This document shows, in pieces, positions 28,043 through 44,908 of a stretch of DNA of 64,000 bases; within the stretch, counting starts at the first letter, position 1, and each line of letters starts with the position of its first letter. Location of the stretch: assembly GCF_009914755.1 (NCBI RefSeq), contig NC_060928.1, one strand, 5' to 3'. Position numbers and translations under genes: made by a program. The notes under the pieces were generated by a model. That model saw only the letters and a list, made by a program, of their open reading frames with translations, ran no database searches and was not told the origin of the DNA. The stretch comes from the human T2T-CHM13v2.0 reference genome, Homo sapiens.

Positions 28043-29699
28043 TTTGTCTACATATAGATCTTGCTTTTTGAGAGGAAACAATTTGACAGCCTTCTAAATT
28101 TTACATATGGAAGATATCAATTTTCTGATATGTGATTAAGATACATAAATTATCAAGCTTGGTGATGATTTGGCAAATGTTAAAAGCTTAATCCACAGAA
28201 AATATGTACTATGAATATTGTTTTCTGATAGGCCAATTCTCCAGAACTATTTTTAAAAATTAAAAAGGATTCTTTCCGATTAAAGTTATTATTATCACAA
28301 TTTCATTATGTTAAGCAGCGATCTCTGGGATAACTCTAGCAGTAGTTTCACTTACGTCGTTAAGTAAGGGACAGCATTAGAAGTATGTCTTAATTTGCGT
28401 ATCAAAATGTATCTTTATTTTTTCTATGTATAATGAAAACCATTCAGCAAAGCCCTATAAAACTTACACCCAACCTCAGAATTACAATCCATGAATAAAA
28501 TTAGCTTTACGAGTAATTTATACAATGGCGTTTCTGGAGAAAAGGTAAAATGGTATGAGTTTGTTTAATATATGAAATAAACTTCTGAGTAATGATAAAT
28601 TATATTTTCTCTGCATGATCTATGAGAGATTTTTTTCTATAAAAATATAATGTGCATGATAGACTTAACGTGCAGTTTCAGTGTTCTTTTTCTTCACGTA
28701 GACAGGGACTTCTTTCAAGATAAAATCAAGCTGTTCCAGAGAGAATAAAGGCATCACAGCCTCTGCTATCTCTTTATGGTTACCTGCTGATAATTATGGG
28801 GACCTGCTAATCCCGATCCCTCATAACCCTCCCAGGACTCCTTCAAGAAATAATCAACCTAACCAGGAAGTCATTTCTCATATATTGAGAAAATGAGTAC
28901 CCATTAAGAAAATACCGGAACAAATTCATTTTAGAAAGCTATAAGTCATCCCAGAAACTGTAAATTTTGGGAGCTATCTCTTTAGGACTTTCTTCGGTTT
29001 GATCTAAACACTGCACTTCACAGACTGTTTATCTTACTAACATTTTCCCTCTGAAGCCTTTCCACCAAACATGATAATATATCATTTCCATGATAAAATA
29101 TTTAGGTATTTCTTCTGGCCTATAGGCACTGTGAAAAAAATTACTGAGACTTAAGGGCACTGTGACTCAAGATAGTTTAGAAATCTTTGAAAAACTGTTT
29201 CATTTCCCAAACTAGATGTGAAGAGAAGGTACAGAATCTTATTGAGGGATATAAGTTATGACAAAATACGGAGAGAATGGGCCCTGAAAATTTTATATAC
29301 ACAAGAAAATGATTTGCAGAGTGTGCTTCTCCAGAGGAGTTATGTTTTCTTTGGCCAGGTGGCTGTGTTTACTCCCCACTCCCTACTGTTTCTTGATTTG
29401 TTGGAATGAATCTTTTGTTCATTCTATACATTTATCTTTATGAATTGGAGAATTGTGTATTTTTTCCTTATTTATGCTGGATATTTTAATGTGTTTTTTC
29501 AAATTAAACTCTAAAATTTTTAACATATTTACCCTCTACCAAAACATCAAATAACCTTGAGTATGTTTCCTCAAATACCTTCTCCTCATTTAATATGTAA
29601 GTTACTCAATAACTAATTCTATCTTTATTTGTATTAACTCCACTAATCAGACACATAGTTATTTTTATGTAGTCCATGCTTGTTTAGGTTTACCAGCAT

Positions 29700-31140
29700 G
29701 CTTATTAACACTTGGAAGAAAATTTTCCACATTATGTTATACTTATTTTTCTCTTATGGTTATGTTTGTTTTTCACATATGAACTTTAGCAGTTTCTTCA
29801 TTGAAATCAATTAGTAGCAAAATTTTATCTGTAGCTTTATAATTTGATCATTTTTGTAGAATATACATTGCCAATGTGATAGAAGTTTTGGTTGTTACCA
29901 GATATCTTTCCTGTAGTGCTTTCAAAATAAATTTTACAATACCTTGCCTTCTAAACTTATTAAATCAACTATATCAGTCTAATTTTAATTCATCTGTGGG
30001 CAATCTGACATGTATTTCTGACTTCCCAGACCTCCATAACTTTGACAAACCTCAGTTTCATTACCACGTGTGTATGTGTGAATATCTTTTTATCTTTCTT
30101 GGTTGGGATTCATGATCTTCCTAGTTCAGACAATAAGGCTTTTTCATCAATTACAGAAAACTATCAGCCATTATATAATTTTTAATGTTGTCATATGTTC
30201 TTGAGGATCCTCTGGCTTTGTGTTAGAAATTTTAATTTTGTTCTCCGTGTTATTAACTACTTTCTCAAATTTTCCTTCTCTTTGTCTGTCTGTGCTGCCT
30301 TCTGTGTAATTTTCCTGAAATCTGTTCTCCAGGATGCTGTATTTACTTTTTCCTTTTATCAGCGATGTCTTATCTATTTTTCATTTCTAGAAATAATAGT
30401 TGATTTACCTTCAATTCTGCCTTGTCATTTTGATAGACGCTTTGTTCATATTTTGTTCGCTCTTTATTTTTCTAACACATATCAAACAAACATACTTTAA
30501 ATTGTTTTGATTCACTGTATTATCTTCAGTCTTTACTTGTCTGATTCTGTAGTTGGCTGATTCTTCTTATTACTGTTTAAATGGACATTACAAAAATTTG
30601 TGATTTAAAAACAATATATAAACTCATAATTTGGAACTTTTTAAGTGGGAATTCCTAAGTACTGAATTAAAACAGTTTCTTCCAAAGAGCATTTTTGGTT
30701 ATTTCTCAAAGACTCCTAAGAATAGAAATAACAACATCAAACCAATTTTCAAATTTCTTTCTAAGCCCATAGATAATATAAATTCTGGCCCCAAATCTTT
30801 GTCAGTATAGGTTTGTCATTGGGAAAACTCCAGAAAAATTTTTGTCATCTTCCCCCTTCACCATTCAACATTGATAGAAGCGTGCATTCAAAATTTCCTT
30901 CTCCAAGGAGAGATTGCTTTCTTATCTCAAGTCAATATGTAGTTATACAGAGATTTCCAGTCCAGTCTCTAACCAAGCTCAAGTCCCTGACTTTGTGTGT
31001 TCTTTTTTCTACACACAGTCAATTGATATCTAGGTGCTCCACAAATGCCATAGGGCAAATTCTACAGAGAAAAAGCCATATTCAATGCTAACTTGTTTCT
31101 CTGGAATAATATGTTTTTTTTTTTTTACTGTCTGAGGAAT
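29700..31140 (-). mobile_element. Ancient HAL1/L1ME-like fragments
   Basis: T-rich strand bias; ttttcatcaattacagaaaactatcagccatta resembles antisense HAL1/L1M ORF1 region. Confidence 0.45.
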
Positions 31141-33199
31141 ATTTAATGCTCTAGAAGAATGAAAATGTTCTTAAAACTTTAGGATTTACTATGTGATACA
31201 GCCCATATAATGCAAAGATACATGTTAACTTGATTTCTGACTGATAAAGAAGATGACATCAAAGCTGATGATTTTGCTTGCTGTATAAAATGTTAATCAT
31301 TTTCTTCTAACCTAGCAATCTTATTTTAAGATTTTTAGACATGTCTGCAAATATCCCATTTCACTGGTTCTCTTATTAATGATGAGTTAAATTTTTTATA
31401 TGTGTTCATTTGCATTTGCATGATAATCATGTTTTTATTCATTTGAAAATTACATTTTGATAGAATACAATTGACTATCTTTTCAGTTTTATTATTCAGC
31501 TTTATTTTTGGAAGCACCCACAATATCATTCTGTTCCATCTTCCCAAAGCAGAAACAAGAATTATTCAACACCATGTATGCACAGGCACACAGACACACA
31601 CACACACACACAAACTGGTGTAGCACACAAATTACTTAACTTTTTCTTTCTTAGAGCAATATTTTTGGTATTGCTTATTAATTCTATTAATTCTATAATA
31701 CTTATTGATTAACATTTTAAAATTCCTTGTCTAATAAATAGCCCAGTTCACTACTTTTGCTAGCATTTAAGGGCCATGTTTAAGATTACCCAGGTAAGCA
31801 GAATTGCAGTTATGAACAGGGCCTTGGTTTTCTGATTTTTATTCAACTGAACATTCATCATAAGCATTTTTTAATAGGGATTCTATATTTATCTGAAAGC
31901 ATAAGACTGTTAAATTTTGGGTTACTTTTCAATATTATTATTTTCTGGTGTGATGTTTTATAACACAGCTAGAGACTATTGCCTTCCTATCTGAGGAGCA
32001 TACCTTCTAATTTTATTTGAGCAATGTTTGTGTCTGTAGTAGAAAATATTTTACACCATATCTACAGTAACTACTGTATATTGAAGGATGCTTTTTTGGT
32101 TTCTGCTTTTGCTACATGTAAAAAAGTGTTTCCTGTACATCAGCTTTCTGGTCTACTAAATGCCAATGTTTTGGATGTTGAACTGTCTGTGACACTAAAT
32201 GGGGTATTTTGCTGAAACTGATTAGATCAATGCATCTGTTGCAGATTTTAGATCATCCTTTTATGACAGATTTATTGAACAGTTCAAGAAAGTTGGCACA
32301 AGGACACTTGACAGCATTGATTCAACTGGAAAGTTAAATATGGATGTTATGAGCATTAATTTTGATGACATTTTATCCAGAAGCAAATAAAATTCTTTTT
32401 AAAAAATGGGAAAAATAAAATTTTAAAGCTTCTGTAAGCTACTAAATACTGTTTCTTCTATTTGTTTAGGCAAATGTAGCAGAAAATTAGTGGTTGACAA
32501 GAACTTTTATTTATATTATTTATTAAATAGTTTTACTTAAGTTTCATTTATATTTCTTTTCCTGCCTTCCATAAATTTTTGTCATTTTGTCATTTTGCAC
32601 TTTGTATTACTGTCATTTCCTTTTTCTATGCTTTCCACACAAATATTTATAATGTTTTATTATCCTAATTTGTTTTATCCTTTATTCCTATTTCCTTATT
32701 TTATGGATAGTTTTGTTTAGCATAAAGAATCATCCTGATTTGAGACAACTTGGTTTCTTTAAATATTTGATTCCAAGACAAAAGTATAAACAAAAGAAAA
32801 TAAAAATTAGTGCCCATGAAACTCTTTTATTTCAACTAAGGACATTAACTTCATAGCAATAAAAGCTCTTCTTCATGATTAGATTTAAGAGTACAAATAA
32901 TGATTACTTGCAAGAGTGTGATTCCAAAGCAAGCAGCACTTGATACACATTCTTAGCTCACTATCAAAAATCAGAAAGCAGGAGTATAAACTAAACATTT
33001 TGAGAGCTATTTATAAGGCTAAGGTAAAATAGGTTTCTTGATATTATTTCTGGCAACTACTATAAACGAGTTTACAAGAAGTAATGACCTAAAAATAATT
33101 CATGTGCAATAGTGGCATAATGCAACTCTGATTTTAATCAAGTAGAATTTCAGGCCCCTTCTCTCCACCTTTCTCTCACTGTTGCAACGTACCATAGAG

Positions 33200-33937
33200 T
33201 ACTGGTGAAGGAAGCCAGCTCTTCAGCAGAACTGGCTAAGTTCCAGTCCTTGCCCTACTATGTACTACCTGCATGTGATGGTTAATATTGAGGGTCAACT
33301 TGATTGGATTGAAGGATGCAAAGTATTGTTTCTGGGAGTGTCCATGAGGCTGTTGCCAAAGGAGATTAACATCTGAGTCAGTGGACTAGAAGAAGCCAAC
33401 GCACCCTCAATCTGGATGGGCATTATCTAATTAGCTGCCAGTGCGGCCTTGATAAAAGCAGACAGAGGAACGTGGAAAGACTAGACTGGCTAAATTTTCT
33501 GGCCTTCATCTTTCTCCTGTGCTGGATGCTTCCTGCCCTCGAACATAAGACTCCAAGTTCTTCAGCTTTTGCACTCTTGGACCTACACCAGTGGATTGCT
33601 AGGAGCTTTCAGGCCTTCAGACACAGCCTGAAGACTGCACTGTCAGCTTCCCTACTTTTGAGGTTTTGGGACTCGGATTGGTTCCCTTGCTCCTCACCTT
33701 GCAGACTGCCTATTGTGGGACTTCACCTTGTGATCATGTGAGTCAATACTCCTTAATAAACTTCCTTTCATATATATATCTATCCTATTAGTCATGTCTC
33801 TTTGGAGAACCCTACTAATACACTGCATGACATTGAGGAACGTATGTCATCTTTCATTGCTTAATTTTTTCATCCCTTAAACCGTGAATTAGTATCTACT
33901 TCATGTGGTTATGTGACAATTAAATGAGACAATATAT
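33200..33937 (+). mobile_element. MIR split by the MLT2A2 LTR
   Basis: aagttccagtccttgccctactatgtactacctgca | ctgcatgacattgagg...catcccttaaa...aattaaatgagacaatatatg. Confidence 0.65.
33274..33822 (+). mobile_element. MLT2A2-like solo LTR (HERV-L)
   Basis: tgtgatggttaatattgagggtcaacttgattggattgaaggatgcaaag...ttaataaac...ctaataca; 549 bp; perfect TSD ctgca at 33269-33273 and 33823-33827. Confidence 0.92.
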
Positions 33938-35375
33938 GTTTAGTAGTTACCAGCACTGTTTACCAAATATTTCTGGCTCTCTTCCCTTCTAGGAAGATGA
34001 CAGAATTGACCTTCATGATCTTTTATGATTTTATAGCTTATAAAATTTCATGTGTCACCTTTGGATCAGAACATTTACTAGATTGTACAATCACACAAGA
34101 AGTATCCTTTCCTCTCTCACAGCAACTACTGACATTTAAAATTATTACTGCTCTGTTATCCTGTGTCCCCAAGTGACTAACAATTGGGACCTTTTGACAA
34201 CCCATGATGAACATATATAACAGATGAATAATAAGCTCTTGTTGAATTAAATCCCCAAGTTCTTTTTATCTTTTAATTTTTCTTAGCACCATATAAATCT
34301 CTTCTATCATTACTTATGCAAATATCGATAACTAGAAGTGAGTGACACCATTAAAAACCCTAAATATGTGGCACTGGCTTAGGGACTGGTTAGTCGATAG
34401 TGAAGAAACTATTATCAGATGCTAGAAGGATGGAAATCACTCTCATGTAGGGCAACATCTTTTAAAATTTGCTTCTGCAATAACACAGAAATTAGACAAT
34501 GTGCCTAATGGCAACATAGCGTTAGGAGAAGAACCTGGACAATAGACAGTAGCACATAATAGTTGTTGTTGGCTACATTTGGCAAGGTATTACAAAAAAT
34601 GTATAAGCACAGGTTGAAACAGGAATGAAAGGGACTAGAGAGAGAACCAAAACCTGGGATCTTGCAGTGTTTGAAGAGACAAGAGAGGCATCTCATTCTT
34701 AAACCATTTGTAGGAAACTGAGAATGCCTCTGAACAACAAAGTCCAATTAGATGTCATCCATTTTTTAGAAATCAAATGAAGATGTGATTAGTTCACTCA
34801 CTGTTAAAACCTCTAGATTAAAGCCTTGCCTCAAAAATCCTTTTATTTCGACAAAATGGCTTAGAGAATGGATGAGGGAAGGCTCAAAGTATCTGTAATT
34901 AAGTTGAAAATAACTGCACGTGTGGCTTTTGGAACTAAAACTAGAGTAAGATGTGTAACTACTATTAAGATCTTCAGAAAACTGTACTAAGAAAACAATC
35001 ATGACCCTCTGTTAATATTTTATTTGACCAAGACAAAAAACTGCCCTTGGTCTCCCAAGTTTCTAAGGATAGGGGATTCAGAAATTTGCTCAGCCCCCAG
35101 ACTGATGTGGTCATGAAGAAAAATGGAAAAGGAACAGTCCCATAAGAAATAGGACATTACCAAGGTCCACCAAAAGCAAAGGATTGGGAAGCACATCTAA
35201 TAAATAATAGCACAGGTCTAATTAAGGAACAACCCTACACCCCAAGTACAGGAAGTCTCTTGCTATATTTGTCCAGCCAGAGTTTTAATTCCTGTAATCC
35301 AAAAACCTTCTGTGTCTCTACTTTTGTCCTTCCAAAATAAGAGTGTTCTTCAAAATCATCCTGTTTTTCTATCAT

Positions 35376-35932
35376 TGTGATAGGTGGTTTCAAAATGCCT
35401 CTAAATATTGTGTGTCCTTCTAATGTTCACGCGCCCTTGTAAAAATCTTCTCCCTTTGTGTGTGGACTGGGCCTAATGACTTGTTTCTAACAAATAGCAA
35501 GTGGTAAAAATGTTTGGATGTCACTTCCAACATTAGATTATAGAAGAGTAAGACTTTCATCTGGCTTTCACTCTGTCTCATCCTTTCACTTACTGGCTCT
35601 CATGAAGCCAAATTCTATATTAATGCCTACCTCAGGGTGAGGCCCACATAGTATGAAAGACAGAGGCCACCAGCCAATAGCTTGAGAGCACACCATACCT
35701 TCCGTTCAATGACCCAAAAGGAATGAACCCTTCCAACAATCACTGAGTGGCCTTAGAAGATGATCTTGCCTCCATCAAACTTGAAGTGACTGAGGTCTTG
35801 TTCAACAGCTTGTTGTCTTGCAAGACCAAGACCAGAAAACCCACTTAACTCATGCCCAGACTTCTGATGTACAGAAACTGCAGATATAAATGGTTTCAGG
35901 TAATGTGTCACTCAGTAATAGATAACTAATAT
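35376..35932 (+). mobile_element. MLT1E/F-like LTR nested in MLT1-int
   Basis: gtgtggactgggcctaatgacttgtttctaacaaatag, ggatgtcacttcc, agacttctga...cagaaactg, aatagataactaata. Confidence 0.75.
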
Positions 35933-36039
35933 GATTTTTTGCACTGAATAAGTTAAAAAGCAGATTCAAAATGTTTAAAGTCACTATTTCTTCAGATCAT
36001 GAGCAGTTACATCCAGACTTGACATGAAAACGAGAATTT

Positions 36040-37066
36040 AGAGGGTGGAGCCAAGATGGTCGAATAGGAACAGCTCCAGTCTACAGCTCCCAGCATGAGC
36101 GACACAGAAGATGGGTGATTTCTGCATTTCCAACTGAGGTACTGGGTTCATCTCACTGGGGAGTGCCAGACAGTGGGTGCAGGACAGTGGGTGCAACACA
36201 CTGTGTGTGAGCCAAAGCAGAGTGAAGCATCACCTCACCTGAGAAGCACAAGGGGTCAGGGAATTCCCTTTCCTAGTCAAAGAAAGGGGTGACAGACAGC
36301 ACCTGGAAAATCGGGTCACTCCCACCTAATACTACACTTTTCCAACTGGCTTAACAAATGGCACACAAGGAGATTATATCCTGCACCTGGCTCGGAGGGT
36401 CCTATGCCCATGGAGCCTCACACACTGCTAGCACAGCAGTCTGAGATCAAACTGCAAGGTGGCAGTGAGGCTGGGGCAGGGGCACCTGCCATTGCCAAGG
36501 CTTGAGTAGGTAAACAAAGTGGCTGGGAAGCTCGAACTGGGTGGAGCCCACCGCAGCTCAAGGAGGCCTGCCTGCCTCTGTAGGCTCCACCTCTGGGGGC
36601 AGAGCACAGACAAACAAAGGCAGCAGTAACCTCTGCAGACTTAAATGTCCCTGTCTGACAGCTTTGAAGAGAATAGTGGTTCTCCCAGTATGCAGCTTGA
36701 GATCTGAGAATGGGCAGACTGCCTCCTCAAGTGGGTCCTTGACCCCCGAGTAGCCTAACTGGGAGGCACCCCCCAGTAGGGGCAGACTGACACCTCACAC
36801 CACTGGGTACTCCTCTGAGACAAAACTTCCAGAGGAATGATCAGGCAGCAGCATTTGCAGTTCACCAATATCCACTGTTCTGCAGCCACCACTGCTGATA
36901 CCCAGGCAAACAGGGTCTGGAGTGGACCTCCGGCAAACTCCAACAGACCTGCAGCTGAGGGTCCTGACTGTTAGAAGGAAAACTAACAAACAGAAAGGAT
37001 ATCCACACCAAAAACCCATCTGTACGTCACCATCATCAAAGACCAAAGGTAGATAAAACCACAAAG
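36040..37066 (+). promoter_or_regulatory. L1 5'UTR internal sense promoter and antisense promoter region (CpG-decayed)
   Basis: Position and sequence of L1PA 5'UTR; YY1 box reads aagatggtc rather than aagatggcc. Confidence 0.7.
36418..36492 (-). pseudogene. L1 ORF0, truncated
   Basis: Antisense translation MAGAPAPASLPPCSLISDCCASSV* matches the ORF0 N-terminus but stops at codon 25. Confidence 0.8.
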
Positions 37067-38083
37067 ATGGGGAAAAAACAGAGCAGAAAAACTGGAAACT
37101 CTAAAAATCAGAGCGCCTCTCCTCCTTCAAAGGAATGCAGCTCCTCACCAGCAATGGAACAAAGCTGGACAGAGAATGACTCTGACAAGATGAGAGAAGA
37201 AGGCTTCGGAAGATCAAACTACTACGAGCTAAAGGAGGAAGTTCGAACCCATGGCAAAGAAGTTCAAAACCTTGAAAAAAAATTAGACAAATGGCTAACT
37301 AGAATAACCAATGCAGAGAAGCCCTTAAAGGACCTGATGGAGCTGAAAACCACGGTATGAGAACTACGTGACAAATGCACAAGCCTCAGTAGCTGATGCA
37401 ATCAACTGGAAGAAAGGGTATCAGCGATGGAAGACGAAATGAATGAAATGAAGTGAGAAGAGAAGTATAGAGAAAAAAGAATAAAAAGAAATGAACAAAG
37501 CCTCCAAGAAATATGGGACTATGTGAAAACACCAAATCTACGTCTGATAGGTGTACCTGAAAGTGACGGGGAGAAAGGAACCAAGTTGGAAAACACTCTG
37601 CAGGATATTATCCAGGAGAACTTCCCCAATCTAGCAAGGGAGGCCAAAATTCAAATTCAGGAAGTACAGAGAACGCCACCAAGATACTCCTCGAGAAGAG
37701 CAACTCCAAGACACATAATTGTCAGGTTCACCAAAGTTGAAATGAAGGAAAAAATGTTAAGGGAAGCCAGGGAGAAAGGTCGGGTTACCCACGAAGGGAA
37801 GCCCATCAGCCTAACAGCTGATCTCTCAGCAGAAACTCTACAAGCCAGAAGAGAGTGGGGGCCAATATTCAACAGTCTTAAAGAAAAGAATTTTCAACCC
37901 AGAATTTCATATCCAGCCAAACTAAGCTTCATAAGTGAAGAAGAAATAAAATACTTTACAGACAAGCAAATGCTGAGAGATTTTGTCACCACCAGGCCTG
38001 CCCTAAAAGAGCTCCTGAAGGAAGCACTAAACGTGGAAAGGAACAACTGGTAACAGCCATAGCAAAAACATGCCAAATTGTAA
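37067..38083 (+). pseudogene. L1 ORF1p (RNA-binding chaperone), disrupted by premature stops
   Basis: MGKKQSRKTGNSKNQSASPP... and ...NLRLIGVPE...ARREWG...YPAKLS; stop at 37358-37360 and others; canonical end gccaaattgtaa. Confidence 0.95.
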
Positions 38084-38146
38084 AGACCATCGAGGCTAGG
38101 AAGAAACTGCATCAACTAACGAGCAAAATAACCAGCTAACATCATA

Positions 38147-41967
<3,821 letters not shown>

Positions 41968-43165
41968 ACAATGAGAACACATGGACACAGGAAGGGGAAC
42001 ATCACACTCAGGTGACTGTTGTGGGGTGGGGGGATGGGGGAGGGATAGCATTAGGAGATATACCTAATGCTAAATGACGAGTTAATGGGTGCAGCACACC
42101 AACATGGCACATGTATACAATTGTAACAAATCTGCATGTTGTGCACATGTACCCTAAAACTTAAAGTATAATAATAATAAAATTAAAAAAAAAATGAGTT
42201 TGAGAAGAGAGTGAGACAAAAAAAAAAAGAAAACAAGAATTTGTTTCTGTCAGGTGCTAAACGTTCAATGTAATTTCATTTTGGAATGAGATTTACTCTG
42301 TAAGCAAGAAGGGAAGTGAATTAAATATCCAATTATAAAAAGAAAGAACTCTGGTGATCCATAGAGCTATTAACCAAATGTTTTCTGTTCTTTTCTCTTC
42401 TGTACATGAGGTAGGATAACTTCTTGGACTTTTTGTGATTGGGTGGGCCATTTGACTTGTTCAAACTGTTAAGGTCCTATCATTTAAAGTGATCTTTCCA
42501 GCATAGAAGCTGGCAACGTTTGAAATTGTTTCCTTGTTCCTTGATATAGTGAAAAGAGTACCTCTTTTGATCATCAAAGAGTATGTAGCATGAATAGTAA
42601 GTAAATTATCCATGTGGCAAACCGAAGAGATATTAGAGATGTTTCTTTGTGTAATATAACCTTGCCTATTCTGATATGTTCAATACATGAAGTACTAAAA
42701 CTTTTCTTTACATGAAGAATATAAATCCTACATATGTGTTATTCTTTTCTGCGTGATTATACCACTGTAAGTCTAGAACCTCTTATATAGTTAAGGCCAG
42801 CTCTAGATTAAGGCAGGATCCACAAACTAATAGGCAGATTGTAGTTATGAGACACTAAAAAGCCATGCAATTATTTTTCCTTCATGATCTCTATTTAGCA
42901 AAAATATTAACTCATACTTCAAATTTAATAATTCTTGAAGAAATTTCGTACAAAAAAAGTGGAAATGTAAAATTGTACAACTATTTTGAAGTGAACTGGG
43001 AAATTTAGAAACATAAAAAATGATTATCCCAAAAGACTCAAACAATGTAGCTTCTGGGTATCTGCAGCTTGTTCCTATTTGTGAAGATAATTGGTCTTTG
43101 ACACATCTCTCATAGAGTAAATCTAAATTGGAAACCCATTATAGCTTTATTAAATGTTTAACAAA

Positions 43166-43476
43166 GCCCCTGGTGTGGTGCCTCACGCCTGTAATCCCAG
43201 CACTTAGAGAGGCTGAGGCGGGCAGATCACCTGAGGTCAGGAGTTTGAGAGATCAGCCTGGCCAACATGGTGAAATCCTGTCTCTACTAAAAATACAAAA
43301 AATAGCTGTGCATAGTGGCGGGTTCCTGTAATCTCAGCTACTCAGGAGGGTGAGGCAGAAGAATCACTTTAACTCGGGTGGCGGAGGTTGCAGTGAGCCC
43401 AGATTGCACCATTGCTCTCCACCCTGGGAAATAAGAGCAAAACATCATCTCAAAAAAAAAAAAAAAAAAAAAAAAA
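43166..43476 (+). mobile_element. AluS (AluSq-like)
   Basis: gatcacctgaggtcaggagt, caccattgc, aataagagcaaaac; A25 tail. Confidence 0.88.
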
Positions 43477-43639
43477 CACAGCAGCAACACAAACACAAAG
43501 TCCACCAAACCCTGTGTTACATGGGAGTGATATCCAAGCTGTTTCTTAAAAATTTGAAGAAACAACATTTCAGATATATCATTTTACAAAATTCTTCATG
43601 AAGTCAAAATTTTGTAAAACACAAAATCTTATTTTTCTG

Positions 43640-44500
43640 GGTGCCTTCATAAATATTTCTTTTGTTTCTCATTTCATTAATTTATACACATTTTGTATAC
43701 AACCTTTGATTTTCTTTAGGCTTTCTTTCTTTCTATTTTTCATTTTAATGTATAATTTACTAGTTTTAAATGCATTTGACATCATAAATTGATCTGTTTA
43801 CTAATTTGGCTGCATTCAACAAGTTTTGTTAGGTAGTACTTTCATTATATTTCACTCTAAATATTTCATATTTTATAGTTATTTCCCTTAGATAAAATGG
43901 TCATTTTGAATTTCACTTTTTTCATTAAAAATAAAAAATTTTAAATATATTTTATATAAGTTAAACATCTATAAATTGTTTAGTTGCACTTTAGTCAGAG
44001 AACTTACCTATATGATCAAATTATTAAAACTTCATTGAATTTTTAACTTAGATTTTAAAGAATTCATTCATACAATTTATACTTGAAAATCTTGTATGGT
44101 CTCTATGTATTGGTGAGTTATATGTGAATTATATATGTGTGAATACCCCCCCCGCCCACACACACACATCCATACATACATACTTGTTAATTTTTGCTAG
44201 TGTTTACTATAATATATAGCCATTTCTGATGGAGGCATGTTAAAAGCTCTTGTTTTATGGCCTTATGAATTTTGTGATATTGTTACTTCATGCTTTATAT
44301 AATTTTTTGGTACACAAAAAATATTTGTTTATAAATACTCTTCATATAAATATTTTAAACATCTCTATATAAATAATTCTGTGTCATTTATTAGTTCTAC
44401 CTATTTAATATAAAATATAAGTATATAAGTATATTTATTTAGCTGAATTTATAATCTGTATTTTAATGGTTACTTTATTCTGTTTATGTTGATTGGATAT
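43640..44500 (-). mobile_element. Ancient L1M fragments
   Basis: tttggctgcattcaacaagttttgttaggtagtactttcatt resembles antisense L1M ORF2; T-rich. Confidence 0.45.
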
Positions 44501-44908
44501 ATTGCAGTCATAGAGGCTGCTGAGCAGACTTATTGGAAGTTGTCATGGCAACACAGTTGATTGATTATTTCCAACTGCTGCAAATTAAGATCCACCATAT
44601 CATTCATGCCAAAGTTACACTTCCCCTGGACTGTTACCAGCAATAACTGCACAGTATACTATTGCTAAGCCATGGATGCCTAACACAGGACTCCTCCAAT
44701 AGACATCTCTCACATGAGGTATCGACAAGGACCACGACTTTTCTCAGAAGTACACAGTAACCTCCCCTCCAATTCAGTTCTTGCTCCCTTTTCTCCATTC
44801 ACTTTGGTAAGCCCTTATTCTGTAAAAGCCTCCTTTTCATTCTTCAAAGACATTACTTGTGTGCCAATTTAGGTAAGCATCAGCCTTTAGAAGATTTAAA
44901 GTGGCACA
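44500..44908 (+). mobile_element. LTR16A-like ERVL LTR
   Basis: gatccaccatatcattcatgccaaagttacacttcccctggactg...caggactcctc...gcatcagcctttagaagatttaaagtggcaca. Confidence 0.55.

Noticed and set aside
42023-42044. G-quadruplex-forming G-runs
   Set aside because: Standard feature of the L1 3'UTR; not novel.
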